Assembly (NCBI RefSeq): GCF_009914755.1
Contig: NC_060928.1
Reading direction: 5' to 3' (one strand)
From: the human T2T-CHM13v2.0 reference genome, Homo sapiens
DNA length: 64,000 nucleotides
Shown here: piece after piece, positions 1 to 14,043 of the stretch
Position numbering within the stretch: position 1 is the stretch's first letter
How the letters are laid out: every line of letters begins with the position of its first letter
The notes under the pieces: generated by a model
Database searches by the model: none
The model's input: only the letters and a program-made list of their open reading frames with translations
Told to the model about the DNA's origin: nothing
Made by a program: the position numbers and the translations under genes

Positions 1-795
1 ATGCTGTGCAATAAATATTTTTAAAAACCCTTTCTAACTGAGATTTTGTACTCTTTGACCATCATCTCCCCATTCCTTCCAACTTCTGGTCTCTGTATCC
101 ACCATTCTATTATCTGCTTCTATGAACTTGATTGTTTTAGATTCCATATGTATTAGGACATGCAGCATTTGTCTTTCTGTGGGTGGCTTATTTTACTTAG
201 CATATTGTTTTCTTGTTCCATCTATATTGTCACAAATGACAGAATTTCTTTCTTTTTAAAGTCTGAATAGTATTCCATTGTGTATATATACCACACTTTA
301 TCCATTCGTCTATTGATGGACTCAGGTTGATTCCATATCTTGGCTATTGTAAATAGTGCTGCAATGAACATGGGGGAGCAGGTATCTCTTTGACAAACTG
401 ATTTGAAATCTTTTGGGTAAATACCTAGAAGTGGGATTGCTGGATCATATGGTAGTATTCTATTTTTAGTTTGTTGAGGAACTTTCATCACATTTTCCAT
501 AATGGGTATACTAATTTACTTTCCCAATAGTGTACAAATAACCCCCTTTCTTCACATTCTTGCCAACACTTGTTATTTATCTTTCATCTTTTTGATTATA
601 CCCTTCTGACAGGTGTGAGATGATGTCTCATTGTGGTTTTAATTTTTGTTTCCCTATTAATTAGGAAGCTTGAGCATTTTAAAATATATTTGTTGGCCAT
701 TTGTATGTCTTTTGAAAAATGTCTATTCAGGTCCTTTGCCCACCTTTAAATTGATTTTTTTTCTTGTTTTTGAGTTGTTTGAGTTCCTTATGTAT
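1..795 (-). mobile_element. Old LINE-1 fragment (3' end of ORF2 plus 3'UTR; L1MA/L1PB-age)
   Basis: Minus-strand ORF 222..500 translates to an ORF2 C-terminus ([15 protein letters not shown]...[16 protein letters not shown]...YIYTMEYY); degenerate. Confidence 0.85.
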
Positions 796-799
796 TTTG

Positions 800-3700
800 T
801 TTTTGTTTGTTTTTTAATTTTTAATTTTTGTGCATACATAATAGGTGTATATATGGGATGTGTGTACATGAGATGTTTTGATATAGATATACAGTGCATA
901 ATAATTACATCATGAAAAATGTCTCTTTCCCCATAAGCATTTATCTTTTGTGTTACAAACAATCCAATTTTATTCTTTTAGTTATTTTAAAACAGGGGTG
1001 TCCAATTTTTTGGCTTCCCTGGGCCACATTGGAAGAATTGTCTTGGGCCACACATAAAATACACTAATACTAATGATAGCTGATGGGCTGAAAAAAAATC
1101 GCAAAAAATCTCCTAATTTCTAAGAAAGTTTATGAATTGAACTTATGTGTTGGGCTGCATTCAAAGCTGTCATGGGCTGCTTGAGACCCATGGGCCATGG
1201 GTTGGACAAGCTTTTTTTAAAATGTACAACAAAATTGTTATTGACTACAGTCACCATACTGTGCTATCAAATAATAGGTCTTATTCATTCTAACTATTTT
1301 TTGGTAACCATCCCCACCTCCCCACAATGTCTTGCTACACTTCCCAGCGTCTGGTAACCATTTTTCTATTCTCCATGTCCATGAGATCAGTTGTTTTGAT
1401 TTGTTGGATGCTAAAATAAGTGAGAACATCCTATGTTTATCTTTCTGTGTCTAGCTTATTTCACTTAACATAATGACCTCCAGTTCTATTCATGTTGTTG
1501 CAAATGACAGGAACACATTCTTTTTTGTGGCTGAATAGTACTCCATTGTGTATAAATACCACATTTTCTTTATCCATTTATCTATTGATGGACATTTAGG
1601 TTGTTTCCATATCTTGGCTATTGTGAACAGTGCTGCAATAAACATGGGAGTGCAGATATCTCTTCCATTGACTGATTTTCTTTCTGTTGGGTATATATCC
1701 AGCAGTGGCATTGCTGGATCATATAATAGCTCTATTTTTATTTTTTTGAGAAACCTCAAAACTGTTCTCCATAGTGGTTGTACTAATTCACATTCCCACC
1801 AACAGTGTACAAGGGTTCCCCTTTCTCCACATCCTCATCATTATTTGTTATTGCCTGACTTTTGGATGAAAGCCATTTTAGCTGGGGTGAGATGATATCT
1901 CATGATAGTTTTGATTTGCATTTATCTGATGGTCAATGATTTGAACACATTTTCATATGCCTGTTTGCCATTTGTATGTCTTCTTTTGAGAAATATGTAT
2001 TCAAATCTTTTGCCCATTTTTAATTGGATTATTAGATTTCTTTCCTATAGAGTTGTTTGAATTACTTATCTATTCTGGTTTTTAATGCCTTCTTGAATGG
2101 GTAGTTTGCAAATATTTTCTCCCATTCTGTGGGCTCTCTCTTCACTTTGTTGATTGTTTCCTTTGCTATGCAGAAGCTTTTTAACTTGATGTGATCCTGT
2201 TTGTTCATTTTGCTTTCGTTGCCTGTGCTCATGGGGTATTGCTCAATAATTTTTTTTGCCCAGACAAATGTCATGGAGAGTTTCCCCAGTGGTTTCTTGT
2301 AGTAGTTTGCAGTAGTTTCATAGTTTGAGGTCTTAGATTTAAATCTTTAATCTATTTTGATTTTATTTTTGTATGTGATTTGAGATAGGGGTCTAGTTTC
2401 ATTTTTATCCATTGAGCCACTCTGTGCCTTCTGATTGTAGAGTTTAGTCCATTTACATTTGACGTAAATGTTATATTTTTAAGTAAGGACTTACTCCTGC
2501 CATTTTGTTACTTGTTTTCTGTTTGTTTTGTGGTCTTCTCTTCCTTCTTTCTTTCCTTTCTGTCTTCCTTTCAGTGGAGGTGATTTTTTCAGTTTCCTGC
2601 TTTTTATTTTTTGTGGAACTGTTATATGTTTTTGAGTTTGAAGTTACCATGAGGCTTAAAAATAGTATCTTATATCCCATTATTTTAAGCTGATAACAAC
2701 TTAACACAGTTTGCATAAAGAAACAAAGACAGCAAACAGAAAGCTAATACAAACTCTATACCTTAACTTCATTCTCCCACTCTAAAACTTTTTGTTGTTT
2801 CTATTTATGTCTTATTGTACTTTATATGTCTTGAAAAGTTATTGTAGTTATTATTTCTGATTGGCTCATCATTTAGTTTTTCTACTTAAGACAAGAGTAG
2901 TTTACACGTCATAGTTACAGTGTTATAACATTCTGTGGTTTTCTGTGTACTTACTACTGCCAGTGAGTTTTGTACCTTCAGATGATTAAATTGCTCATTA
3001 ATATCCTTTTCTTTCTAATTGAAGTACTCCCTTTAGCATTTCTTCTAGGACAGGTCTCGTGTTAATTAAATCCCTCACCTTTTGTTTGTCTGGAAAAGTC
3101 TGTGTTTCTCCTTCAAGTTTGAAGGATATTTTCACCAGATATACTATTCTAGAGTAAAAACTTTTTTTTTTGTCTTTCAGCACTTCAAATATGTCATGCC
3201 ACTCTCATCTGGCCTGTAAGGTTTCCACTGAAAAGTCTGCTGCCAGATGTACTGAAACTCCCTTGTATGCTATTTGTTTCTTTTCTCTTGCTGCTTTTAG
3301 GATCCTTTCTTTATCTTGGACCTTTGGGAGTTTGATTATCAAATGCTTTGGGGCAGCATTCTTGGGTTAAATCTGCTTGGTGTTCTATAACCTTCTTGTA
3401 CTTGGGATATTGATATCTTTCTCTAGGTTTGCAAAGTTCTCTGTTATTATTGCTTTGAATAAACTTTCTACCTGTATCTCTTTTTCTACCTCCTCTTTGA
3501 CGCCAATAACTCTTGGATTTGCCCTTTTAAGGCAATTTTCTAGATCCTGCCAGTGTGCTTCATTGTTTTTTATTCTTTTTTCTTTTGTCTCCTCTGACTG
3601 TGTATTTTCAAATAGCCTGTCTTCAAGCTCACAAATTCTTTCTTCTGCTTGATCAGTTCTGCTATAAAAAGACTCTGATGCATTCTTCAGTGTGTTATTT

Positions 3701-4930
3701 GTACTTTTCAGCTCCAGAATTTCTACTTGATTCTTTTTAATTATTTCCATCTCTTTGTTAAATTCATCTGATAGAATTCTTGAATTTCTTTCAGTTTCCT
3801 CAACATGGCTATTTTGAATTCTCTGTCTCACATATCTCTGTTTCTTCAGGATTGATCTCTGATGTCTTATTTAATTCATTTGGTGAGGTCATGTATTCCT
3901 GGATGGTCTTGATACTTGTAGATATTTTTCTGCATCTAGGCATTGTATTTATTGTAGTCTTTACAACCTGGGCCTGTTTGTACTTGTCCTTGGAAAGGCT
4001 TTCCAGATATTTTGAAGGACTCGGATGTTGTGATCTACGTTGTATCTGCTGTAGGGGGCCCTGCAAGCCTAGTAATGCTGTGGGTCTTGTACACACTCAT
4101 GGAGGTACCACCTTGATGGTCTTGGACAAGATCTAGAAGGATTCTCTGGATTACCAGGCAGAGATTCTTTTTCTAGTCCCTTTACTTTCTCCCAGAGTCT
4201 CTCTCTTTCTGTTCTGACCCACATAAAGCTGGTGACACACTCCACCGCAACTAGGACTTTGCTGGGTAAGACTTGAAGCCAGTACAGCACTTGCCCAGGG
4301 CCTGCAGTAACCACTTCCTAGCTGCCATCTATATTTGCTCAAGGCTCTGGGGCTCTACAATCAGTAGGTGAGAAAGCCAGCCAGACCCGTGTTCTTCTCT
4401 TCAGGTTGGCAAGTTTCCCAAGGCCCTGGGTTGGTCCAGAGGTGCCATCCAGAAGCCAGGGACTAGAGTAAAAAACCTTAGAAGTCTACCTAGTATTGCA
4501 TTGTACTGTGACTAAGCTGGCATTCAAACCACAAGACACAGTCCTTCCCATGCTGTCTTCCCCTTTTCTAAGGCAAAGGAGCCTCACCTCATGGCCACCA
4601 CCACCACAGGCCCACAGGGAGTACTGCCAGTGTACTGTTAATATTCCAAGGCCCAAGGACTCTTCAGTCAGCTTGTGGTTAATGCTGCCTGGCCTGGGAC
4701 TCACCCTTCAAAGCAGTGGGCTCCCCTCTGGCCCAGGGCAGGCCCAGAAATGCTATCCAAGAGCCACATCCTGGAATCAGGGACCCCAAGCCCAGTTGGT
4801 GCTCTACCTCTCTGTGGCTGTACCTGAAGCCAGCAAGTCACAGAGTCTCACCCAAGGCCCATGACATACTAATTGGGTATCACTTCTGGTTTTTCAGGGC
4901 CCAAGGGCTCTTCAGTTAGTAGGTGATGAA
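800..4930 (-). mobile_element. Old LINE-1 (L1MA/L1M-type) with 5'UTR, ORF1 and ORF2 ends but most of ORF2 internally deleted
   Basis: T-rich tail ~800-830. ORF2 C-terminal peptides at 1490-1759 and 2062-2274. ORF2 start region ~2410-2500. ORF1-like peptides at 2998-3183 and 3385-3831 (DQAEERICELEDR). GC-richer 5'UTR to ~4930. Confidence 0.8.
993..1214 (+). mobile_element. MER30 (hAT-Charlie MITE) inserted in the L1 3'UTR
   Basis: Termini CAGGGGTGTCCAA...TTGGACAAGCTT; 8-bp TSD TTTTAAAA at 985-992 and 1215-1222. Confidence 0.85.
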
Positions 4931-5736
4931 TTCTCTCCAGATGTCGTTGTGAAGATAAAAGAGGTTTATTTTCATGAAAACATATATACTTTAAAGCACC
5001 TTATGAAATGTATGTCCATTCCACCATCAACATTTTTACCTCTGTTGGGAAGATAATTCCTTTTGACTCCACAATAATTATTTATATCTACACATGGGAA
5101 TGTTTCTTTTTTATTTGTGTGGTTTTGGTTTTAAAGCATTTAATCATTACAAGACTCCTAGAATTACTATATCATGTGCTCTCTGAAGGCAAAGTTCCCA
5201 TCTAATTTTTCTATTTTATCTTTCTACCTCTAAGACCTAAAACTCAATAAATGTGCATTAAGGCAGATATCCTTGGGAGAAGTGACACAGAAACTATGTA
5301 TTCATGCTCTGTGTCCATTGTACTTCACTCAGGGTTAAGACTGCCTTGATGAGGGCAAGTGTAGGAAGACTCTGAGGCCATCTGAGAGTAAGTGGTGAAG
5401 ACTTAAGAAGTGGGGCAGGAAACACAGCAAGAGAGAGTTGTCAGGAAGCAGAAAAGCAGTTGGCAAAAGCAACCACTGAAGGACTGGTTTTACCTCTAAT
5501 TCTTCCTGGACTGGGGATAATCCTAGAGGGCTTGTCTCTGTCAGATGAACTTTTGGTAGCATTTCCCAGAACCATGACTCAAAACTTGCCACTGTGTTCC
5601 CATCTGGGATTTGGAAGATAAGGTAAGAACTTGGAAAGAATTCAGGGGACACTTAGTTAAATTGGGTCAAAATGTGTCCATTCTCCAGCCTCCGTCTTGG
5701 CAGTGACACATTGGAAAATGGTTCCACTATGACTGA

Positions 5737-5907
<171 letters not shown>

Positions 5908-6486
5908 TAGTGAAATTCTAGAGCTTTGGAGACCACAGAACTTAAGACGTTACTCAGTCAGTGCTTGGTTTTAACACTTTTGGATTACAAATACTTTTAG
6001 GAATGAAAATATAGGATTCATTCCTGAGAAAAAGGTTCAGATGCACATGCCAGAAAATTTACACATCCAATTTTAGAACATTCTTAGAGGGTCCATGGGC
6101 TCCAGTTGCAGAATCTTTGCACGTACCCACTCTGACTTTGGCTACCAGGAACCTGGGGCTTGGTTTAATCCTCTGATTCAGGTATTAGTCAATCTTAGAT
6201 ACCTGGGACAGTCGTAACAATCTACATGTATAGACCCCTTACTATGTGGCAGGTACGGTCCTCAGATCTTTACATGAACTAGTAACTTGCATCTTCACCA
6301 GAACCCTGTGAAGCAGGTGCCATGAGTATTGTAACCATTTAACACATAACGTGAAGGTACAAGTAAACAAGGAATCTACTAAATGTACAGAATTAGTAAG
6401 AGGCATATGTGGGAGTTTATCCCAAGCTGTCTGACTCCAGATTCAGAATCTAGGCTGGGAAAAACTCACCACTCCACCCTCTACCT

Positions 6487-7465
<979 letters not shown>

Positions 7466-7696
7466 TAACTTTACTCAAAGCTACCTGTGTATATTTATTT
7501 ATCTTGTAAGTTGCTTCAGTGTTAAGTGGACAAGGAAACATTTCTTTTCAAGTGTGTTAGGGAAAAAAAGAGAAAGGAAGGAAGAAAGAAATGAAAGAAA
7601 AAGGTGTGAGTAACAATACACTAATTATAACTTTCAAAATTAAACTTAGACATCTGAGGAACTGGGGCAGGTGGAAATGTATTTGTTAAGTGCATA

Positions 7697-8066
7697 TGTC
7701 TTAGTCCATTTGTGCTGCTATCACAAACTACCTGAGACTTGGTAATTTTTTTAAAACAGGAGTTTTATTTTCTCATTGTGCTGGATACTTGGGAAATCCA
7801 GGATTAAGGTGCCAGCAGATTCAATGTCTGGTGAGGGCTGCTGTCTGCTTCCAAAATGGTGCCTTCTTGCTGTGTCCTTACATGGCAGAGGCAGAGGGGC
7901 TAAAGGAACCTAGCTAGTTCCCTGGAGCCCTTTCATAAGGGTGTTAATCCCATTCATGAGGGCAGAACCCTTAGGGCCCAATTATCTCCTAAAGGACTCA
8001 CTACTTATTACCATCACATTGGTCTTAGGTATCAACATAAGAAACACATACATTCAAATCATAGCA
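7697..8066 (-). mobile_element. MaLR solo LTR (MST/MLT1A-like)
   Basis: tgtcttagtccatttgtgctgctatcacaaactacctgagact...attcaaatcatagca. Confidence 0.8.
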
Positions 8067-9683
8067 GCATATCTGTGACAAGCCTTGAAGTAGTTCCTCT
8101 GTCATTCCCATTGAGTCATCCCCATAGGTAGTGTGACAAATCCCTACATTAAAGGTGAAGAAACTAAGACTCAGAAGTTAAGTGACTCATCCAAGTTCCC
8201 TGGGCTAATAAGTTACAGACCTAAGAGCCTAACCTAGGCCTCCCTGATTCCAAAGCCATGCTCTTCAATTTTGTTCTTTGAATCTGCTTATTGGTTCTGT
8301 CTTTTAAATGACAGGTTTGATCTTAACTCTAGGTTGGTACCTAGCTAAATCTCTGTCTTAGGGGGATTCATGTAAACCCTGGTACGATGGAAACAGAAAA
8401 ACAGCCTGGAAGTTGACATAAGGAGACCATGTTTAAACTTGGGCAGATTCCTTTACTCATTCTGATCTTCTGATTCCTCATTTGTCAAATGGAAATCAAA
8501 ATATACTTGTTCCATAGGGTTACTGCAATGTTTAAATGAGATACCACCATCCTATAACATAACCCAAAATCCACCCACTTCAAAAATAATTCATTGAGTA
8601 CTTACTATGGACAGTGAACATTCATGGGCACTTTATAGTTTTTGTTTGTTTGCTTTTTCTGAGAATAGTTTCCATTTCACTACTCTATGGTATGTTTTAG
8701 GACAGTGCTGTTGCTAAAATCTTTTAAAGCCAAGTCACATTTTATATGTATCAAGAACCTCCTTGCGTTCCCCACTCAGTCCCTGGCACTAGGAATACAG
8801 AGGTGCACGTGATTGAAGGCGTCCTGCCCTTGTGAGCTACCAGCACCTTTATTTTGCCAATCACTCATGGATGTATGTGGATGGACTTCTTTTTTCAGAC
8901 TTGTCCCTTTCTTTTTCTGATAACAGAGGCCATGTTTTTTTTTAATTTTTAATTTTTGTGGGTAGGTTAAACTCATCATTATAATACAATACAGTTGGAT
9001 AATGTGGAGGGAATGTAAGATGCTGTCAGAGTCAGAGAAGGGGACTTGAGCTAGTCCCAGGGGTTGGGGAGGCCTCCTGGAGGGAGCATATAGAACACTA
9101 TTTTGTTCATTTCATTTTTCCAAAGTCTAACAAAGATTCCTGCTGAATGTTTCTTGCATGGAGAAATAAGACCCTTTGCTCAAGCATATTTATTCATTCA
9201 CTTATTCAGTCCTCCTTTCTCTCTGTGCTTTTCCAGGCCTAAGGGTCCCCTGTTCTCTCCTCAGGTTCCCCTCTTATGGTGTTCCCATTTCCCTCATCCC
9301 TGAATCATCCACCTGTTCCCACTAAATGAAGCATAATGTTTACAGTGCATGACACTGAGAAAGCACTTTCATCTTCCCCCTCTAGACATTCCTCTTACTC
9401 CTCTGGACTTCTGACTTCTGAACCACTGAACCACCAGCTCTATGAACTATAACACTGAACATTGTTCACTTAGAGATTGGAGCAACTGCTTCAAGAACTC
9501 TGATATGAAGCATAATCCGTCCAGTGGCTTGGAATAAAAATTGTGTAGACCTGACATTCCTGGGCTAAAACCATATGGGATATCCTTCCTTAACCAGCTA
9601 TTGCTAAGTATTGTTTTGAATGAAACTGCTGGAGGATGGTGATTAAGTTTGCATGATGAATGGTGGGCATTTTTTTTTTTAAG

Positions 9684-9757
9684 TTTGCAGAAGCTGCCTG
9701 TGATGTGGTCCATGTGATGCTCAATGGATCCCGCAGTAAAATCTTTGACAAAAACAG
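9684..9757 (+). CDS. CD38: CD38 coding exon 5 (74 bp): [24 protein letters not shown](S)
   Basis: T11-aag|TTTGCA...AACAG|gtacac. Phases match the neighbouring exons. Contains the N209 sequon (NGS). Confidence 0.98.
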
Positions 9758-10909
9758 GTACACATTTATTTTGCATCCTGTTTGCAAGCATCCTGTTGCA
9801 AATATCACAGTGAATATTTCATCTCTAGAAAGAATATGCTTTTCATGTTTCAGGTCAGTTCTGAAGATTAGGGCCAAAAAAGGTAAAAATTTTGAATTCC
9901 GTGGAGAGAGTTGTCTCCTGTCAATGTGTTTGTCTGATTTCTCCTTTGCCAAAAATTGTCTACCAGGTTCTAATGGCCACTGCACTGTATCTAGCCCCTG
10001 CTCTTAACTTTTGCAGGCCTGGTGTAATTTTCTCAGCTTTCTCTCCCGTTACCCTCCACCCTACCCATTGCTCACCATTGTTCACACCGTTCCCCCATAT
10101 GACCTGCCTCCCCTGCTCCCCTGCTCCCTTCTGTCTAAATCTTCACCATCCATGAAGACCTGCCTTGACCCTCCTCTCCTCCAGGAAAATTGTGTACCCC
10201 AATTCAGTAGTAAAACTACTACCGGGAACATCGGGAACTGTGCTGGGCTCTTGGCCTTCACTATCTTTTTGCAGACATTGTCAACAATGTACTGTAGTGG
10301 TTGAAAGCAGGTACTGGCGGTCATTACATATCATCTGTGTGACCTCAGGCAGGGCAGTCAACCTCTGTGAGCCCCTGAATATGTACCAAAGAGTTGATGG
10401 TGATGGGAAGATTAACTGAGACAACAGATGAAAAATGCTGAGCTCTGTGCCTGACAACAGAGAAAGTGCTCAATGAGAATCAGCTATTATTCTCATTTGC
10501 TGATCCTTGCCACTGAATCTGGCCACGCCTGTGCCTTCCTTGGCTGATCTCCTTCTATATTTACAGTTTTTACTATGTTGATTACCTTTTCGGCCTTTGT
10601 TCTCTAATTTTTGTTCTCTAATCCCACATAAGGCTGACTGAAAGGAGGAAGCATATATTAATTTGCCTTATAAACTCTAGGTGCCCCAAATTAATTTTTC
10701 TTCTCTCCTGTTTTAATATTTAATTCTACAAGGAAGCATTTGTCCTTTCGTCTTCTGATCCCAATTTTTTTGGGTAAAAGCATTAACATTTCAGAATTTT
10801 ATGATCTGATATTATGGTTCAAGCACTTGAAACAGGAGTGTCAGTTGTCAGAGACTAACAGGGAAGAGTTTAGGAATGGGATTAGGGCAGGCAACCATAG
10901 TCTTTCAAA

Positions 10910-11390
10910 GCATTGCCTCTCAAACTTCACTGAGCATGTGAATCACGTGGGGATTGTTCAACTGCAGATCATTTCAGCAGGTTATAGTGGTTGAAATTCT
11001 ACATTTCTTTTTTTTTTTTTTTTTTTTTTTTTGAGATGGCGTCTCGCTCTGTTGCCCAGGCTGGAGTGCAGTGACACGGTCTCCGCTCACTGCAAGCTCA
11101 GCCTCCCAGGTTCACGCCATTCTCCTCCCTCAGCCTCCTGAATAACTGGGACTACAGGCACCCACCACCACGCCCAGCTAATTTTTTGTATTTTTAGTAG
11201 AGACGGGGTTTCATAGTGTTAGCCAGGATGGTCTCGATCCCCTGGCATCATGATCTGCCTGCCTCGGCCTCCCAAATTGCTGGGATTACAGGCATGAGCC
11301 ACCATGCCTGGCTGAAATTCTACATTTCTAATGAGTTCCCAGGTGATGTTCATTAGGTTGGTCTAAGGACCACTCTTCAAATAGCAAATA
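10910..11390. mobile_element. MER5A-like DNA transposon relic split by an Alu
   Basis: cctctcaaactt...gcatgtgaatcacgtgggga ... tttctaatgagttcccaggtgatg...ggaccactctt. Confidence 0.6.
11009..11313 (-). mobile_element. AluY-like element
   Basis: Y-type features (ctgcaagctc, ttcacgccattctc, gttagccaggatggtctcgat). 16-bp TSD GAAATTCTACATTTCT at 10993-11008 and 11314-11329. Confidence 0.9.
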
Positions 11391-11554
11391 TTTAAAGAAT
11401 CAACATTAATGCACAAATTAAGAATTTTATTTTGAGAATCTTGTTAACCGAGGGTCATGCTGAATAAGAAAAGGTTATTGACTGATTTGCAATTTGATGT
11501 GTCAACTCTAAAGGATAGGTCCTAGCCAGTGCCTTTCTGCCTGCTGGTTGTTGA

Positions 11555-11797
<243 letters not shown>

Positions 11798-12004
11798 TGA
11801 CTCAGGAAATGAAACTACATGAATGTGCATGAATCCCAACAGCCTCTTAACTTTATCTCCACAAAGGATATTTAACTGCTTGACACTTCAGCTCTCCTGC
11901 TGACCCAGGAGCTCTTAGAGGATTTACCTCTACTTTACCTCTTTATCCAAGGGCCTTGTCCAGGGCGTGCTACAAAAACAAAGAGACTCCAAAAATGTTT
12001 GTGA

Positions 12005-12130
<126 letters not shown>

Positions 12131-13137
12131 TAATTAATTTCTTCTTGAAGAAAAAAATGACTGTCTTGTCACCTGTAGAATTTCCTTTTTTCCTTAGCCT
12201 CCTCTGAGCTTGGAGGGCTGTGTGAATCTTTCTTGGGCCTTGATGATGATCACAGATGGCAACCTCTGGTGATCTCTGTCCCTCCTTCCAAGCCGAGTCC
12301 AGAAGGTATCCAAGCTAGTGGCCTTCACTTGGCTGCCTTTCCTCATCCGTCTCTATTGATCCCAAGTAGGACTTGCCTCTAAAGCTGACACAACCTTTGA
12401 TGGCATATTTTTTCATTCCCAGTGTGAGTGGCCCAGTCCAGGGTTCACTGGCCTACTAGGTTTCAGGGGAGCAAGGGAATGTTTTGCTAAGCCCTTTCTC
12501 CCAAGTTGTAAAATCCTTGTGACTTGACATCATTTTGCAAGTGAAGCTTCCTTAGTTGGATCTGAGTACAGATGCCTAACACATGACAAGGCGTCACACG
12601 GCAGTCTACCAAAATCTATATTTTTTAAATTAAAAAAAAAAGTATTTACAAAATTTTTCTGATAATTTGTGTTTATTAGAAAACAGTTTAAAATTACAGA
12701 TAGATATATATTTTTTAAAGTCACATATAATTCTAGTTTCAAAACTGAGACCCCTCACTCATTTTTAAGCAGTTGTGACCAATGGTGTAGGTAGGTACTC
12801 ATTGGTAGAAGCATCTTTGGAGATTTTTCCACGTATAATAGCTTGGAACAAGATTGATGCAGAGAGGAAAAGCTGTTCAAAGGAGGTAGAAGCTGAGATG
12901 CTAGAATATTGTTCCTGTTTCCATGTCACTACCTTCTCTCACTAACCACATCAGAAAAGCAGAAGGATAGATTCTGGAGACTCTACTGATGGCTTTTGTT
13001 TCCCAAATGACCTGAATTCCCCATGAGTCACCTTGCTTCTATCTGGAAACAGCCAGAAAAGGCCATGAGCATTCTACAGCAGTTAGACAGGAAAACAGAA
13101 AGAATGAATGAAGGAGCAACTGTAAAAGCAATCTTGC

Positions 13138-14043
13138 GGCGGAGGAGCCAAGATGGCCGAATAGGAACAGCTCCGGTCTACAGCTCCCAGCGTGAGCGAC
13201 GCAGAAGACGGATGATTTCTGCATTTCCATCTGAGGTACCGGGTTCATCTCACTAGGGAGTGCCAGACAGTGGGCGCAGGCCAGTGTGTGTGCACACCGT
13301 GCGCGAGCCGAAGCAGGGCGAGGCATTGCCTCACCTGGGAAGCGCAAGGGGTCAGGGAGTTCCCTTTCCGAGTCAAAGAAAGGGGTGACGGACGCACCTG
13401 GAAAATCGGGTCACTCCCACCCGAATATTGCGCTTTTCAGACCGGCTTAAGAAACGGCGCACCGCGAGACTATATCCCACACCTGGCTCAGAGGGTCCTA
13501 CGCCCACGGAATCTCGCTGATTGCTAGCACAGCAGTCTGAGATCAAACTGCAAGGCGGCAACGAGGCTGGGGGAGGGGCGCCCGCCATTGCCCAGGCTTG
13601 ATTAGGTAAACAAAGCAGCCAGGAAGCTCGAACTGGGTGGAGCCCACCACAGCTCAAGGAGGCCTGCCTGCCTCTGTAGGCTCCACCTCTGGGGGCAGGG
13701 CACAGACAAACAAAAAGACAGCAGTAACCTCTGCAGACTTAAGTGTCCCTGTCTGACAGCTTTGAAGAGAGCAGTGGTTCTCCCAGCACGCAGCTGGAGA
13801 TCTGAGAACGGGCAGACTGCCTCTTCAAGTGGGTCCCTGACCCCTGACCCCCGAGCAGCCTAACTGGGAGGCACCCCCCAGCAGGGGCACACTGACACCT
13901 CACATGGCAGAGTATTCCAACAGACCTGCAGCTGAGGGTCCTGTCTGTTAGAAGGAAAACTAACAACCAGAAAGGACATCTACACCGAAAACCCATCTGT
14001 ACATCACCATCATCAAAGACCAAAAGTAGATAAAACCACAAAG
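13138..14043 (+). promoter_or_regulatory. L1 5'UTR: CpG-rich internal sense promoter with intact YY1 site (13149-13158) and antisense promoter
   Basis: CAAGATGGCC at +12 and many retained CpGs. Promoter architecture is established for L1HS. Confidence 0.85.
13373..13588 (-). CDS. L1 ORF0 (71 aa, intact)
   Basis: MAGAPPPASLPPCSLISDCCASNQRDSVGVGPSEPGVGYSLAVRRFLSRSEKRNIRVGVTRFSRCVRHPFL; ATG = CAT at 13586-13588. Confidence 0.88.
   Translation of the reverse strand: MAGAPPPASLPPCSLISDCCASNQRDSVGVGPSEPGVGYSLAVRRFLSRSEKRNIRVGVTRFSRCVRHPFL

Noticed and set aside
9660-10007. 115-aa ORF containing [11 protein letters not shown]
   Set aside because: Only 9684-9757 is exonic; the rest is read-through into intron.
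13023-13256. ORF running from unique flank into the L1 5'UTR
   Set aside because: Short, with no promoter or splice evidence; a by-product of the insertion junction.
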